Source of the DNA: Anaeromyxobacter sp. | GTDB taxonomy: Bacteria > Myxococcota > Myxococcia > Myxococcales > Anaeromyxobacteraceae | Direction of reading: 5' to 3' | Assembly (NCBI GenBank): GCA_049840735.1 | Contig: JASGJN010000021.1 | Coordinates: 128,001-192,000, forward strand | Length of the DNA: 64,000 bases | In this document: piece after piece, positions 12,614-25,765 of the stretch | How the letters are laid out: each line of letters starts with the position of its first letter | Position numbering within the stretch: position 1 is the stretch's first letter | Program-made: the position numbers and the translations under genes | Notes under the pieces: model-generated | Database searches by the model: none | Seen by the model: only the letters and a program-made list of their open reading frames with translations | What the model was told of the DNA's origin: nothing

Positions 12614-14158
12614 ATGGACCAGGGCAGCGCTCGTCTCACCGTCCGCAGCGTCAGCAAGCGCTTCGGCCCCGTGCACGCCGTGAGGGACGTCTCCTTCGCG
12701 GTGCGCGCCGGCGCGGTCCACGCGCTGGTGGGCGAGAACGGCGCCGGCAAGTCCACGCTGGTGAAGATCATCACCGGGATGCAGCGGCCCGACGCGGGCG
12801 CCATCCTGCTCGACGGCGAGCCCTGCGCCTTCGCCACGCCCATCGAGGCCCGGCGCCGCGGCATCACCGCCGTCTACCAGGACCCGCGGCTCTTCCCGCA
12901 CCTGGACGTGGCCGAGAACATCTTCATGGGCATCCAGCCCCGCACGCGGCTGGGCCTGGTGGACCAGCGCAGGATGTACGGCGAGGCCGGCCGCATGCTG
13001 CGCGAGCTGGGCGTGGACATCGACCCGCGCTCGCTGCTGGCCGGGCGCTCGGTGGCCGAGGTCCAGTTCGTCGAGATCGTCCGCGCCATGATCGCAGACC
13101 TGAAGGTGCTGATCCTGGACGAGCCCACCGCCTCGCTCACGCCGGCCGAGGCGGAGCGGCTCTTCGCGGTGGCGGACGGGCTGCGCCGGCGCGGCGTCTC
13201 CATCCTCTTCATCTCCCACCGGCTGGAGGAGATCCGGCGCATCGCCGACGACGTCACGGTGATGCGCGACGGCGAGCACGTGATCACCACCGCGGCCAGG
13301 GACCTCTCCGAGGAGGACATGGTCCGGCACATGGTGGGGCGCGAGCTCAAGTCGCTCTTCGTCCGCCAGCCGGCGCAGGTCAGCGGGCCGCCGGCCTTCG
13401 AGGTGCGCGGCCTGTCGCTCGAGGGCACCTTCGCCGGCGTGAGCTTCGGGATCCGCCCGGGCGAGATCGTGGCGCTGGCCGGGCTGGTGGGCGCCGGGCG
13501 GACCGAGATCGCCGAGTCCATCTTCGGCCTGCGCCCCCCCGACGCCGGCACGGTGGTGATCGGCGGGCAGGCGGTGCGGCCGGCCCGGCCGGCGCAGATG
13601 GTGGCGCACGGGGTGGCGTACATCCCGGAGGACCGCGACGCGCACGGGCTGGTGGTGGAGCAGGGCGTGGCCTCCAACGTCTGCATGCCGGTGCTGGACC
13701 GGCTGGCGGCGCTGGGCGGGCTCCTCACCCACCGCGCCGAGCTGGCCTTCACCGCGCCGCTGGCGCGCGACTTCGAGGTGAAGGCCGCCACGCTCGACGC
13801 GCCGGTGGGCAGCCTCTCCGGCGGCAACCGGCAGAAGGTGGTGCTGGCCAAGTGGCTGGCCACGCGCCCGAAGGTGCTGATCCTCGACGAGCCCACCCAC
13901 GGCATCGACGTGGGCACCAAGAGCCAGGTCCACCAGCGCATCGCGGCGCTGGCGGCGGAGGGGTACCCGGTGCTGCTGATCTCGTCCGACCTGCCGGAGG
14001 TGCTGGCCATGGCCGACCGGATCCTGGTGGTGGCCGGCGGCCGCATCGTGGCCGAGCTGGCGCGGGGCGAGGCCACGCAGGAGCGGATCATGACGGCCGC
14101 GGCGCTGGGGCCGGCGGCGGCGCAGCGCGCCGCAGAGGAGGTGGCGGGTGGCCGCTGA
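12614..14158 (+). CDS. Sugar ABC transporter ATP-binding protein (tandem NBD, CUT2)
   Basis: GENGAGKST, LILDEPT twice, LSGGNRQKV. Confidence 0.95.
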   Translation: MDQGSARLTVRSVSKRFGPVHAVRDVSFAVRAGAVHALVGENGAGKSTLVKIITGMQRPDAGAILLDGEPCAFATPIEARRRGITAVYQDPRLFPHLDVAENIFMGIQPRTRLGLVDQRRMYGEAGRMLRELGVDIDPRSLLAGRSVAEVQFVEIVRAMIADLKVLILDEPTASLTPAEAERLFAVADGLRRRGVSILFISHRLEEIRRIADDVTVMRDGEHVITTAARDLSEEDMVRHMVGRELKSLFVRQPAQVSGPPAFEVRGLSLEGTFAGVSFGIRPGEIVALAGLVGAGRTEIAESIFGLRPPDAGTVVIGGQAVRPARPAQMVAHGVAYIPEDRDAHGLVVEQGVASNVCMPVLDRLAALGGLLTHRAELAFTAPLARDFEVKAATLDAPVGSLSGGNRQKVVLAKWLATRPKVLILDEPTHGIDVGTKSQVHQRIAALAAEGYPVLLISSDLPEVLAMADRILVVAGGRIVAELARGEATQERIMTAAALGPAAAQRAAEEVAGGR

Positions 14159-15173
14159 ACCCTCCGCGCTGGTCTCGAGCCTGGGCGCCCAGCTCTCCCG
14201 CAACACGCTGCGGCTGCGCGTGGTGAGCGTGTTCCTGACCTTCCTGGGCGTGGTGGCGGCCTTCGGGCTCACCACCCAGAACTTCCTGACCCCGCAGAAC
14301 GCCCGCATCATCGCCTTCAACGCCGCGATCCTCACCGTGGTGGCCTGCGCCGAGGCCATCGTGGTGGTGACCCGCAACCTGGACGTCTCGGTGGGCTCGA
14401 TGATCGGCCTGGCCGGCTACGTGGCGGCCAAGTTCGCGGCGGCCAATCCCGAGGGCGGCCCGCTCATCATCCTGGTCGCGGTGGGGATGGGCCTGGCGAT
14501 GGGGATCGTGAACGGCTGGGTGGTCGCCTACGGACGCGTCCCCTCCATCGTGGCCACGCTGGGCACGCTGGCCGTCTACCGCGGGCTCACCTACCTGCTG
14601 GGTCGCGGCGTGGAGGTCCCCTCCGGCGCGCTGCCGTCCTGGATGATCCGCTGGGCGGACGCCACGGTGGCGGGCGTGCCGGTGGTGGTGCTGCTGGCCG
14701 TGGCCATCACCCTGATCCTGGCCTGGCTGCTCAAGCACGTGCCCATCTTCCGGCGCGTCTACGCGGTGGGCTCGAACCCCGCGGCGGCGGTCTTCTACGG
14801 CCTGCGCGCGCCGCGGGTGGTGCTCTTCGCCTACGCCGTGGCCGGCGCGCTGGTGGGCTTCGCGGCCTTCCTCTACGTCTCGCGGGTGGGGACCATCACC
14901 GTCAACCTGGGGCGCGACTGGGAGATGACCGCGCTGGCCGCGGTGGTGGTGGGCGGCGTCTCCATGACCGGCGGCTCGGGCAACCTGGTGGGCGTCCTCT
15001 TCGCCGCGCTGATCCTCTCGTCGATCGACAACGGGCTGGTGCTGGCGCACGCCCCGGAGTTCTGGCGCATGGCCATCCAGGGGACCGCCATCGTGGGCGC
15101 CATCGCGCTCGACGCCGGCATCGAGCGGCGCATCCAGGCCATGTTCAGGCACGGGAAGGCGGCGGTGCGATGA
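14148..15173 (+). CDS. Sugar ABC transporter permease
   Basis: RNLDVSVGS, PSIVATLG, YAVGSN, AAVVVGGVS. Confidence 0.93.
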   Translation: MAAEPSALVSSLGAQLSRNTLRLRVVSVFLTFLGVVAAFGLTTQNFLTPQNARIIAFNAAILTVVACAEAIVVVTRNLDVSVGSMIGLAGYVAAKFAAANPEGGPLIILVAVGMGLAMGIVNGWVVAYGRVPSIVATLGTLAVYRGLTYLLGRGVEVPSGALPSWMIRWADATVAGVPVVVLLAVAITLILAWLLKHVPIFRRVYAVGSNPAAAVFYGLRAPRVVLFAYAVAGALVGFAAFLYVSRVGTITVNLGRDWEMTALAAVVVGGVSMTGGSGNLVGVLFAALILSSIDNGLVLAHAPEFWRMAIQGTAIVGAIALDAGIERRIQAMFRHGKAAVR

Positions 15174-16192
15174 GCCACGGGCCGGCGCGCTACCGCTGGG
15201 AGCTGACCATCTCGGTGCTGGTGGTCCTGGCCGCCGGCGGGGCCACCTGGCTCTCGCCGTTCTACCTGGACGCGGACCAGCTGCTCTACTCCTCCCGCAA
15301 CTTCTGCTTCACCGGCATCATGGCCCTGGGGCTCACGCTGGTGATCCTCACCGGCGAGATGGACCTCTCCATCGGCTCCACGCTGGCGGTCTGCACGGTG
15401 CTGCTGGCGCGCTGCTCGGCGGCGGGGCTGCCGCTCTGGGTGGGCCTGCTGATCATCTTCCCGGTGGCCGGGCTGCTGGGCGCGCTCAACGGCTTCCTGG
15501 TGGCGCGCCTCAGGCTGCCGGCGCTGGCGGTGACGCTGGGGACCATGGGCGCCTACCGCGGCGTGGCCTTCATCATCGGCTCGGAGGTGGGCTACACCGG
15601 CTTCGACGACAGCTACCGCTGGCTGGGCTCCGCCACCCTGGGCGAGGCGGGCGTGCCGGTGATGCTGCTGCTCTTCTTCGCCGTAGTGGCGCTGTTCGGC
15701 GTGGTGATGCACTTCACCACCTTCGGCCGCCGGCTTTACGCGATCGGCTCCAACGCCGAGGCGGTCCGCTACGCCGGGCTGGGAGTGGTGCGGACCAAGC
15801 TCGGCGCCTACGTGGTGGCCGGCCTGACCGCGGCGCTGGGCGCCTGGATCTTCGTGGGCCAGTTCGGCTCGGCCCGCGGCGACAACGCCAACGGCGTGAT
15901 CCTGGGGATCATCACCTCGGTGGTGCTGGGCGGCGTGGACATCAACGGCGGCAAGGGGACGGTGGTGGGCGTGCTGGTCTCCACCCTCTTCCTCTGGACC
16001 CTGCGCAACGGCATGGGGCTGGCCAACATCGCCGGCCCCATCCAGCAGCTGATCATCGGGGCGCTGCTGGTGGTGACGGTGCTGATCTCGAACTTCTCCG
16101 GGCGGGGCGGCGGGCTCTCGCCGCTGCTCAGGTGGCGCCGGCCGGCGGCCGCCGCGGCCCCGGTGCAGGAACGGAGGGCGGGGGACGGCTGA
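15170..16192 (+). CDS. Sugar ABC transporter permease
   Basis: GEMDLSIGS, FGRRLYAIGSN, VVLGGVDINGG. Confidence 0.93.
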   Translation: MSHGPARYRWELTISVLVVLAAGGATWLSPFYLDADQLLYSSRNFCFTGIMALGLTLVILTGEMDLSIGSTLAVCTVLLARCSAAGLPLWVGLLIIFPVAGLLGALNGFLVARLRLPALAVTLGTMGAYRGVAFIIGSEVGYTGFDDSYRWLGSATLGEAGVPVMLLLFFAVVALFGVVMHFTTFGRRLYAIGSNAEAVRYAGLGVVRTKLGAYVVAGLTAALGAWIFVGQFGSARGDNANGVILGIITSVVLGGVDINGGKGTVVGVLVSTLFLWTLRNGMGLANIAGPIQQLIIGALLVVTVLISNFSGRGGGLSPLLRWRRPAAAAAPVQERRAGDG

Positions 16193-16291
16193 CCCCCCGC
16201 GACTCCCTGCGTACGGCCGCCGTGGAGGGCGGCCGCACGCCAACAGGGGCCACGGCCCCATCACGCAAGGCAGCAGCAGGGGAGGAACACC

Positions 16292-17281
16292 ATGAAGCGA
16301 GCGCTCAGGTTCGTGGCCATCGCGCTGGCGATGATCGGCATCGCGCAGGCGGCCCCGAACAAGAAGTACCGCATCTTCATGAACCCGAAGTTCACCGGCC
16401 TGTCGTACTTCGAGGTCTGCGCGAACGGGGCCAAGGAGGCGGCCAAGGAGCTGGGGGTGGACTTCACCTACACCGGCTCGGAGCAGGCCGACGTGCAGCT
16501 TCAAGTGCAGTCGCTGGAGAACATCGTGGCGCAGAAGCCCGACGCCATCATCGTCTCCGCCATCGACCTGAACGCGGTGGCGCCGCCGCTGCTCAAGGCC
16601 AAGAAGGGCGGCATCAAGGTCGTCTCCTACGACGCCGACACCGCCGCCAACGCCCGCGACTTCTTCGTGAACCAGATGTCCTACGAAGGCGCCGCCAAGG
16701 CCATGCTGGACTGCGCGCTGATCGACGCGCCCGAGGGCGGCGAGATCGCCTTCATCGCCGCGTCGCCCACCAGCCCGAACCACATGGCCCACATCCGGAT
16801 CATGACCGAGCTGACCAAGACCGATCCCAAGTACAAGAAGTTCAAGCCGGTAGACACCCAGTTCGCCGCCGACGACGAGGCCAAGAGCATCGAGGTGGCC
16901 ACCAACCTGATGCAGGCCCACCCCAACCTCAAGGTCATCATCTCCTCCTCCGCCGTCTCCGCCCCCGCCGCCGCCCGCGCCATCCAGAGCGCCGGCAAGG
17001 TCGGCAAGGTCTACGCGACCGGCGTGGCGCTGCCCTCGTCGATCCGCTCCTACCTGAAGGACGGCTCGCAGAAGGCCTTCTTCATCTGGGATCCGGCCAA
17101 CCTCGGCTACCTCTCCGTCTACGCCGCCAAGGCCGCGCTGGACGGCACGCTCACCACCACCCCCGGCACCAAGTTCAAGGCCGGCAAGCTGGGTGAGTTC
17201 GAGGTCGGGAAGGACGGCGAGATCGTCTACGGGCGGCCGCTGATCTTCACCAAGGACAACATCGACAAGTTCAACTTCTAG
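16292..17281 (+). CDS. Sugar-binding periplasmic protein, RhaS/LsrB-like
   Basis: Signal peptide; PKFTGLSYF, VVSYDAD, WDPANLGY, FTKDNIDKFNF. Confidence 0.88.
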   Translation: MKRALRFVAIALAMIGIAQAAPNKKYRIFMNPKFTGLSYFEVCANGAKEAAKELGVDFTYTGSEQADVQLQVQSLENIVAQKPDAIIVSAIDLNAVAPPLLKAKKGGIKVVSYDADTAANARDFFVNQMSYEGAAKAMLDCALIDAPEGGEIAFIAASPTSPNHMAHIRIMTELTKTDPKYKKFKPVDTQFAADDEAKSIEVATNLMQAHPNLKVIISSSAVSAPAAARAIQSAGKVGKVYATGVALPSSIRSYLKDGSQKAFFIWDPANLGYLSVYAAKAALDGTLTTTPGTKFKAGKLGEFEVGKDGEIVYGRPLIFTKDNIDKFNF

Positions 17282-17366
17282 GCGGCGCGAGCTGCTGGAA
17301 GACCTGAGGCATCAAGCCTCGGGCCTCAGGGAGGGCAACCCTGGGGCCCGAGGCCGTTCGTGTCCA

Positions 17367-17725
17367 CCCCCGGTCGCCCTTCGACTCCGGCCCGCCATCG
17401 GTCGCAACAGGCTGGAGACGGGCCTACGCTCAGGGTGACCGGGGGTGAACCAGCAGCTGACCGGACCCGTATCCGTTCGTCCCGGGCGCAGGGCCCAGCG
17501 CTGCGTGCGATGGGCGGACCGCCGGGCCAGGTGACCGGGGGTTATCCTGTGCGCCTCCCATCCGTTCGTCCTGAGCGTAGGGCCCGGCGCTGCGTGCGCG
17601 AGCCGGAGCACCGGGCCCGGAGTCGAAGGATGAACGGGACCGAAAGCGGCTCCCGCTTGGCGCTTCGGCCCGCCGTCCGGTTCCACCTGGAGCATGACGG
17701 GCCTACGCCAAGGGTGACCGGGGGT
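17367..17725. repeat. Cluster of 3-4 REP-like hairpins (some degenerate)
   Basis: Arms at 17377-17445, 17562-17641 and degenerate copies at ~17471-17541 and ~17662-17725. Confidence 0.8.
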
Positions 17726-17871
17726 GAAGCCGTGCGCAGGCCGGGTGTCGCCCTGACCGGGGCCGCTGCGCCTCGGCCCCGCCGTGACAACCCCGTGACC
17801 CGCGCCTGCGAGGGTACGACCCCGCAACGTGGCGTCGTCATCGACCCCCAGCCCAGCCGGAGCGCCACCCC

Positions 17872-18534
17872 ATGTGCTTCTCGCCCACCGCGAGCTTCGT
17901 CGCGAGCGCCGCCCTCACCTCCACCGGCGGCTACTGCGTCCGTGAGAGCGTCCGGAGGGACAGAAGATATCTGCCGCTCGCGCTGCTCCCGCTCCTCTTC
18001 GGCGTGCAGCAGGCCGCCGAGGGCGGCGTGTGGCTCGCCCTGCAGGGCGGGCACGAGCGGCTCGTGACGGCGTTCTCGCTCCTGTTCCTGCTCTTCGCGT
18101 TCGGGCTGTGGCCGCTCTACTGCCCCCTCATCGTGCACGTGCTGGAACGGCGGGGGACCGCGCGGCGGACCGTGCTGCTCGGCCTGATGGTGGCTGGCGC
18201 GCTCGTCGGGGCGCTGGTCTACCTCCCGCTCGTCACGGGGACGACGCTCTTCACCACGCGCATCGTGAACGCCTGCATCGCGTACGAGACCGACCGCCCG
18301 GCCTGGCTCAAAGGCCTCTACACCGGCGCCTACCTCCTCGTGACCATGGTGCCGTTCCTGATCGCGTCGAGCCGGCGGATCGTCGCCTTCGGCGCGATGC
18401 TCCTCGCGGCGGTGGTGGCGACCATGCTCTCCTACCGCTTCGCCTTCTTCTCGGTCTGGTGCTTCTTCGCGGCCTGGCTGTCGCTGTACGTCGTCTACGC
18501 GATCCGCCGGAGCCCTGCCGGCGCGGCGGCCTGA
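17872..18534 (+). CDS. Integral membrane protein, DUF6629-like
   Basis: MCFSPTASF start, PLLFGVQQAAEG, SVWCFFAA; 7 TM. Confidence 0.75.
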   Translation: MCFSPTASFVASAALTSTGGYCVRESVRRDRRYLPLALLPLLFGVQQAAEGGVWLALQGGHERLVTAFSLLFLLFAFGLWPLYCPLIVHVLERRGTARRTVLLGLMVAGALVGALVYLPLVTGTTLFTTRIVNACIAYETDRPAWLKGLYTGAYLLVTMVPFLIASSRRIVAFGAMLLAAVVATMLSYRFAFFSVWCFFAAWLSLYVVYAIRRSPAGAAA

Positions 18535-18587
18535 CCGCGGTCTGCACGGGAGACCCGAGCCCCGGCCACGTGTGGCAGATCCACGCC

Positions 18588-18965
18588 ATGCCGCGCCGAC
18601 GCCTGCTCCTGGTCCCGCTCCTCGCCCTGGCCGGCTGCTCCACCACCCTGAGCTGGTTGAGCGAGCACACCGTGGAATGGCGACACCTGCATTCGGCCTG
18701 CGTGCAGGTGGAGGCGCTGGAGCCGCGCCCGGTGCTTCACCTCACCGCCGCGAACATGGACAGCGCCCTCGTCTTCAGGCCCATGCGGCAGCAGAGACGT
18801 GGCGATACGCTGGACCTGACGGTCGTGCAGAAGCTGGCGGTCGAGGGCCAACGCCTTCGAGGCGACTTCGACTTCCGCGTGGAGGTGCCGGACGGCGTGA
18901 ACACGGTCCGCTTCGGGAAGGAACGGGCCGTGCTCTGGACGCGCTCGCCGCCGGATCAGCCGTAG
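18588..18965 (+). CDS. Hypothetical lipoprotein
   Basis: MPRRRLLLVPLLALAGC lipobox. Confidence 0.65.
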   Translation: MPRRRLLLVPLLALAGCSTTLSWLSEHTVEWRHLHSACVQVEALEPRPVLHLTAANMDSALVFRPMRQQRRGDTLDLTVVQKLAVEGQRLRGDFDFRVEVPDGVNTVRFGKERAVLWTRSPPDQP

Positions 18966-19027
18966 GGCCGCACCCGGGCAGCGCCCGGCCTCGAAGGCCG
19001 GCGCCCGCCGCTCGGCCTTGCCTCCGC

Positions 19028-19531
19028 TCAGCGCGGAGTAGACGACAGCAGCCCCGACTCGCGCATGACGCGCTGGGCGTGCTCGAACTCGTCGCCACCG
19101 CCGGAGAGCACTCCCGGCAGCATGATGAGCCGCCGCCGCCGCTTCGGGCCCTCCATGAAGTGCACGACGAAGTAGCCCCGCCTCAGCGGGGGCAAAGGCC
19201 TGCGCGCTTCGACGCGCTGGACGGTCGAGCGCGAGATCCGTGGAGCGGTGGAGCAGTCCCACGATCGGGCCGCGGACAGGAGGAGCCAGACCCCGAGCCC
19301 TGCAAGCGCGTAACTGGCGAGCAGCGCACCTCGCTCGAACGCTTCCGCCGCCTGGAACCCGAGGGCTCCGGCCAGGGCCACATACACGATGAGCAGCCGC
19401 GGGACGGAGGATCCGACCACCGCGTCGGCCATCGCCCCGCGGGGTCCCTCACGGCTCAAGACGATCTCGGCGTCGGTGATCGTGCACGTGCCTGTCTTCG
19501 TGCGGAACGAGCGTACGGGGTCGCTGGTCAT
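19028..19531 (-). CDS. Hypothetical membrane protein
   Basis: MTSDPVRSFRTKTGTCTI..., two TM helices. Confidence 0.6.
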   Translation of the reverse strand: MTSDPVRSFRTKTGTCTITDAEIVLSREGPRGAMADAVVGSSVPRLLIVYVALAGALGFQAAEAFERGALLASYALAGLGVWLLLSAARSWDCSTAPRISRSTVQRVEARRPLPPLRRGYFVVHFMEGPKRRRRLIMLPGVLSGGGDEFEHAQRVMRESGLLSSTPR

Positions 19532-19631
19532 GGGGCGGGGTTTCGGTACAGGAGGTAGGTCTGGTCGATGGTGTATCACCATCGGCACGCGCGAGAGGGG
19601 CCTCGCTGCCACCTCTCGTCAGGCAGCGGAT

Positions 19632-19710
19632 CCCCCGGTCGCCCTTCGACTTCGGCCCGCCGATCGGTCCGCCTGGCGTGTGACGGGCCTACGCTCAGGG
19701 TGACCGGGGG
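19632..19710. repeat. REP-like hairpin
   Basis: CCCCCGGTCGCCCTTCGACTTCG...CCTACGCTCAGGGTGACCGGGGG. Confidence 0.85.
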
Positions 19711-19951
19711 GTGAACCCCGCGCCGGCGCGGTCCAATCCGTATCTGCGGGTCTTCGCGCTCCTGGGATCGCTGGTCGGCCTGCTGATCTACAAGCTGGCC
19801 CAGGAGCGCGCGTTCATGCTGCGGCTCAACGCCCAGCTCGCGCTCTGCCAGCGCCAGATCGAGCTCAACACGCGGGGCCCGAGCGCGGTGGCTCAGGCGG
19901 CGTAAGGTCGACGACCGGCGGACAGGGGGCGGCGGGGTATCCAGCCGCCCC

Positions 19952-21706
<1,755 letters not shown>

Positions 21707-21813
21707 CCTGTGGCGCTCCTCGACTCCCCCGGACCAGGGAGTCTAGTCGAGGTGCTGGCCCCGTCCAATTGGGTGATCGGGAAAAGGCTCGAACGCCGAC
21801 CGAGGGTCCGGGC

Positions 21814-23507
21814 CAGACCCAATCCGCGCTGACGCGGGATGAGCTTCGCCGGTATCTCGGCGCCGCACTCTCAGCGGCGGGACGCAGGTCGCCCAGCGGC
21901 GTCGGCCGCGGGACGGGTCAGGTTGTCAGCGCGCAATGAAGAAGGGGCGGCCTGCGGGCCGGTGGTTCAGGTGACGACAGCGGGCCCGTGCTGATCGGCG
22001 ACGCGGGCGGCGAGCAGCGCGTCGCGGAGGGTCTCCGCGGCACGGGCCCAGGCGATGGGGCCGCCGTCCTTGCGAGGCGCCAGGGCCCGCCAGGCGCTCA
22101 GCGCGTTGTAGCCGATGATCCGCAGCCAGCTGACGGTCTCGATGGCGGCCCGGTTCGCCTGGCAGGGGTGGCCATCGTCCTCGCCCAGCACCACGTCCAG
22201 GGTCCAGTGGCAGCGGTTCTCAATCCCCCAGTGCAGACGGACGAGCGCCAGCTCCTGGTCCCGGGTCAGGGTCCCGGTGGGGATCGAGGTGACGAAGTAC
22301 CGCTGCTCGACCGCCACAATCTCGCCGCGCCGGTCGGTCGTGGTCTGGCAGACGTACCAAAGCTGCTGGGCGCCCTCCATGACGACGGAGGGGCTGCCGG
22401 CGACGTCGCGGACGTAGAGCTCCCGCACCACGACGTTACCTCTGTACCGCTCGGTGGTCCGGGCGACCGGGTCACCAATCGTGTACTCGCCGTGCTCGCG
22501 GGCGAAGGCGTGCAGGTACGGCTGGTTGCCCTTGAGGCCGAACAGGTACCAGCAGCCGAGCGAGCTCACGAGCTCCGCGTTCTCGCGGGCGCAGAGGCCT
22601 GCGTCGCCGGTGACGATGCGGAACTGCCCGCCCAGCGCCTCGTCAATCTTGGGGAGCAGTTCCCGGAAGGCGGGGGACTCGCCCTCCTTGGAGCCGATGA
22701 TCCGCTGTCCGACGCAGAGGCAGGCGGAGGAGGAGGTCAGCGCGGCGCGGAGGGCGCCGAAGGTCTGCAGCGAGGATCCCGCGGCGTCGTAGGCCGACTG
22801 CAGGGCGCCGGGCAGCTCCTCGCCGTCGATCCGGGACCAGGTCCCCTTGCCGTCGAAGCTCATCACGCCGACCGGGAAACGATCGTTCCTGGCCACCTTG
22901 CGGGCGACGAGAATCCTTCGCCTGCGCGAAGACGGTCTCCTCCAGGCCGGCTGGGTCCTGCTGGGCGAGCAGGCGGTAGAGGGTGGTGTCGCACGGCTTC
23001 CCCGCGACCGGGAGTCCCAGCGCGCGGCGAGCGCCCAGGCCGAGGTCGGCAAAGAAGTCCTCGGCGCGCCGCAGCGTCCGACAGCCCACGGAGAACGCGG
23101 CGGCCAGGCCTCCCAGCAGGCCCAGGTGGTCGTGGACGACCCAGGCCTCCTCGCGAGGGTCCTCGACTCCGTGGTCCCACGGGATGTCGGCGTGCCGCAG
23201 GGCACGTCGGGCTTGTGTTTCGGTGATCGGCATGATCTCCTGCCTCTCGGCCTCTTCTCGTTTTGCGCGAGTTCGGCCGTCTTTGGGGGTGGGGGCCCGC
23301 ATAGCCTCCACCCCTTCTCCTTTTGCGCGGGCGGGATGATCGCCGAGGTGGATCGCGGCGTCAATCTTGCCGATCAGGAATCCGAGGCGACGGCGGGCGG
23401 AGTCGGCCCCGCGCCACGAAAATCACCCTCGTCTCGGCGCGAGTTGGACTCTCAAGCGCCCCAGGCGCGAGAATCGCGAGACGACGGGTCAGCGGGAATC
23501 AGGTCTG
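21814..23507 (-). mobile_element. ISAs1-family insertion sequence, 1694 bp
   Basis: Imperfect 20-bp TIRs (CAGACCCAATCCGCGCTGAC / rc CAGACCTGATTCCCGCTGAC, 16/20); 11-bp direct repeat AGGGTCCGGGC at 21803-21813 and 23508-23518. Confidence 0.88.
21967..23302 (-). CDS. ISAs1-family DDE transposase (1-nt frameshift at ~22913)
   Basis: SFDGK, VTGDAGLC, LKGNQP, HWGIENRCHWTLDVVLGED; split over two frames at AKD/LVARK. Confidence 0.88.
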
Positions 23508-23606
23508 AGGGTCCGGGCGGGGCGGTGGGGGGCGGGCGGGCGAGCGGCCGGAGAACTCCTGGCAACTGGATCGGGGGCCCCTGCCGCGGATAGACTCCCG
23601 GGCTTC

Positions 23607-24296
23607 ATGGTCCAGTTCAACTCGGACACGCGCGAGATCGCCGTCAAGGTCGTCTATTACGGCCCCGCCCTCTCCGGCAAGACCACCAACCTCCACGCGC
23701 TCCACCAGAAGATCGACGGCAAGGTCCGCGGGCGTCTCATGACGCTCGACACCAAGGACGACCGGACGCTCTTCTTCGACATGATGCCCGTGTTCTTCAA
23801 GACCCGGGCCGGCGTGAAGGTGAAGCTGAAGCTGTACACGGTGCCCGGCCAGGTGATGCACGAGTCCACCCGGCGCATCGTGCTGCAGGGCAGCGACGCG
23901 GTGGCGTTCGTGGCCGACTCGCGGCGCAGCGAGGCCGCGAACACGCTCGCCTACTGGCAGAACATGCTCAAGAACCTGGAGGCGAACGGGCTCGATCCGA
24001 AGACCCTGCCCATCGTCATCCAGATGAACAAGCGCGACCTGCCGGACGCGCGCGGCGAGGACGAGTGGCAGGACCTGCGCGCCATCGTGCCGGCGCCGGT
24101 GGTGCCGGCCGTGGCCATCCGCGGCGAGGGCGTGGTGGAGACGCTGCACGCCGTGCTGCAGCGCTGCTACCGCAGCCTGGACCGGCAGTTCTCGCTGGAC
24201 GCCCACTGGAAGATCCCGGAGCGCGAGTTCCTCTCCCAGAATCTTCTCCAACGTCGACCTGCGCGGGACGGCCATGGCCGGGGAGGCCGGCGCGCG

Positions 24297-24300
<4 letters not shown>
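23607..24300 (+). CDS. MglA/SofG-family small GTPase (frameshift at ~24240 near C-terminus)
   Basis: KVVYYGPALSGKTTNL, DRTLFFD, TVPGQ, NKRDL. Confidence 0.88.
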
Positions 24301-25677
<1,377 letters not shown>

Positions 25678-25765
25678 CCGACGGCTCCTCACCCCGCTCG
25701 CCGCTCCCCAGGCTCCCTCCGCTCGGGGTGAGCCTGTCGAACCCCGAGCCGCGCCGAGGCCCCCG

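Noticed and set aside
19711..19905. 64-aa ORF after a repeat
   Set aside because: Protein-like, but its start lies at the repeat edge; probably a gene remnant and cannot be supported as a gene
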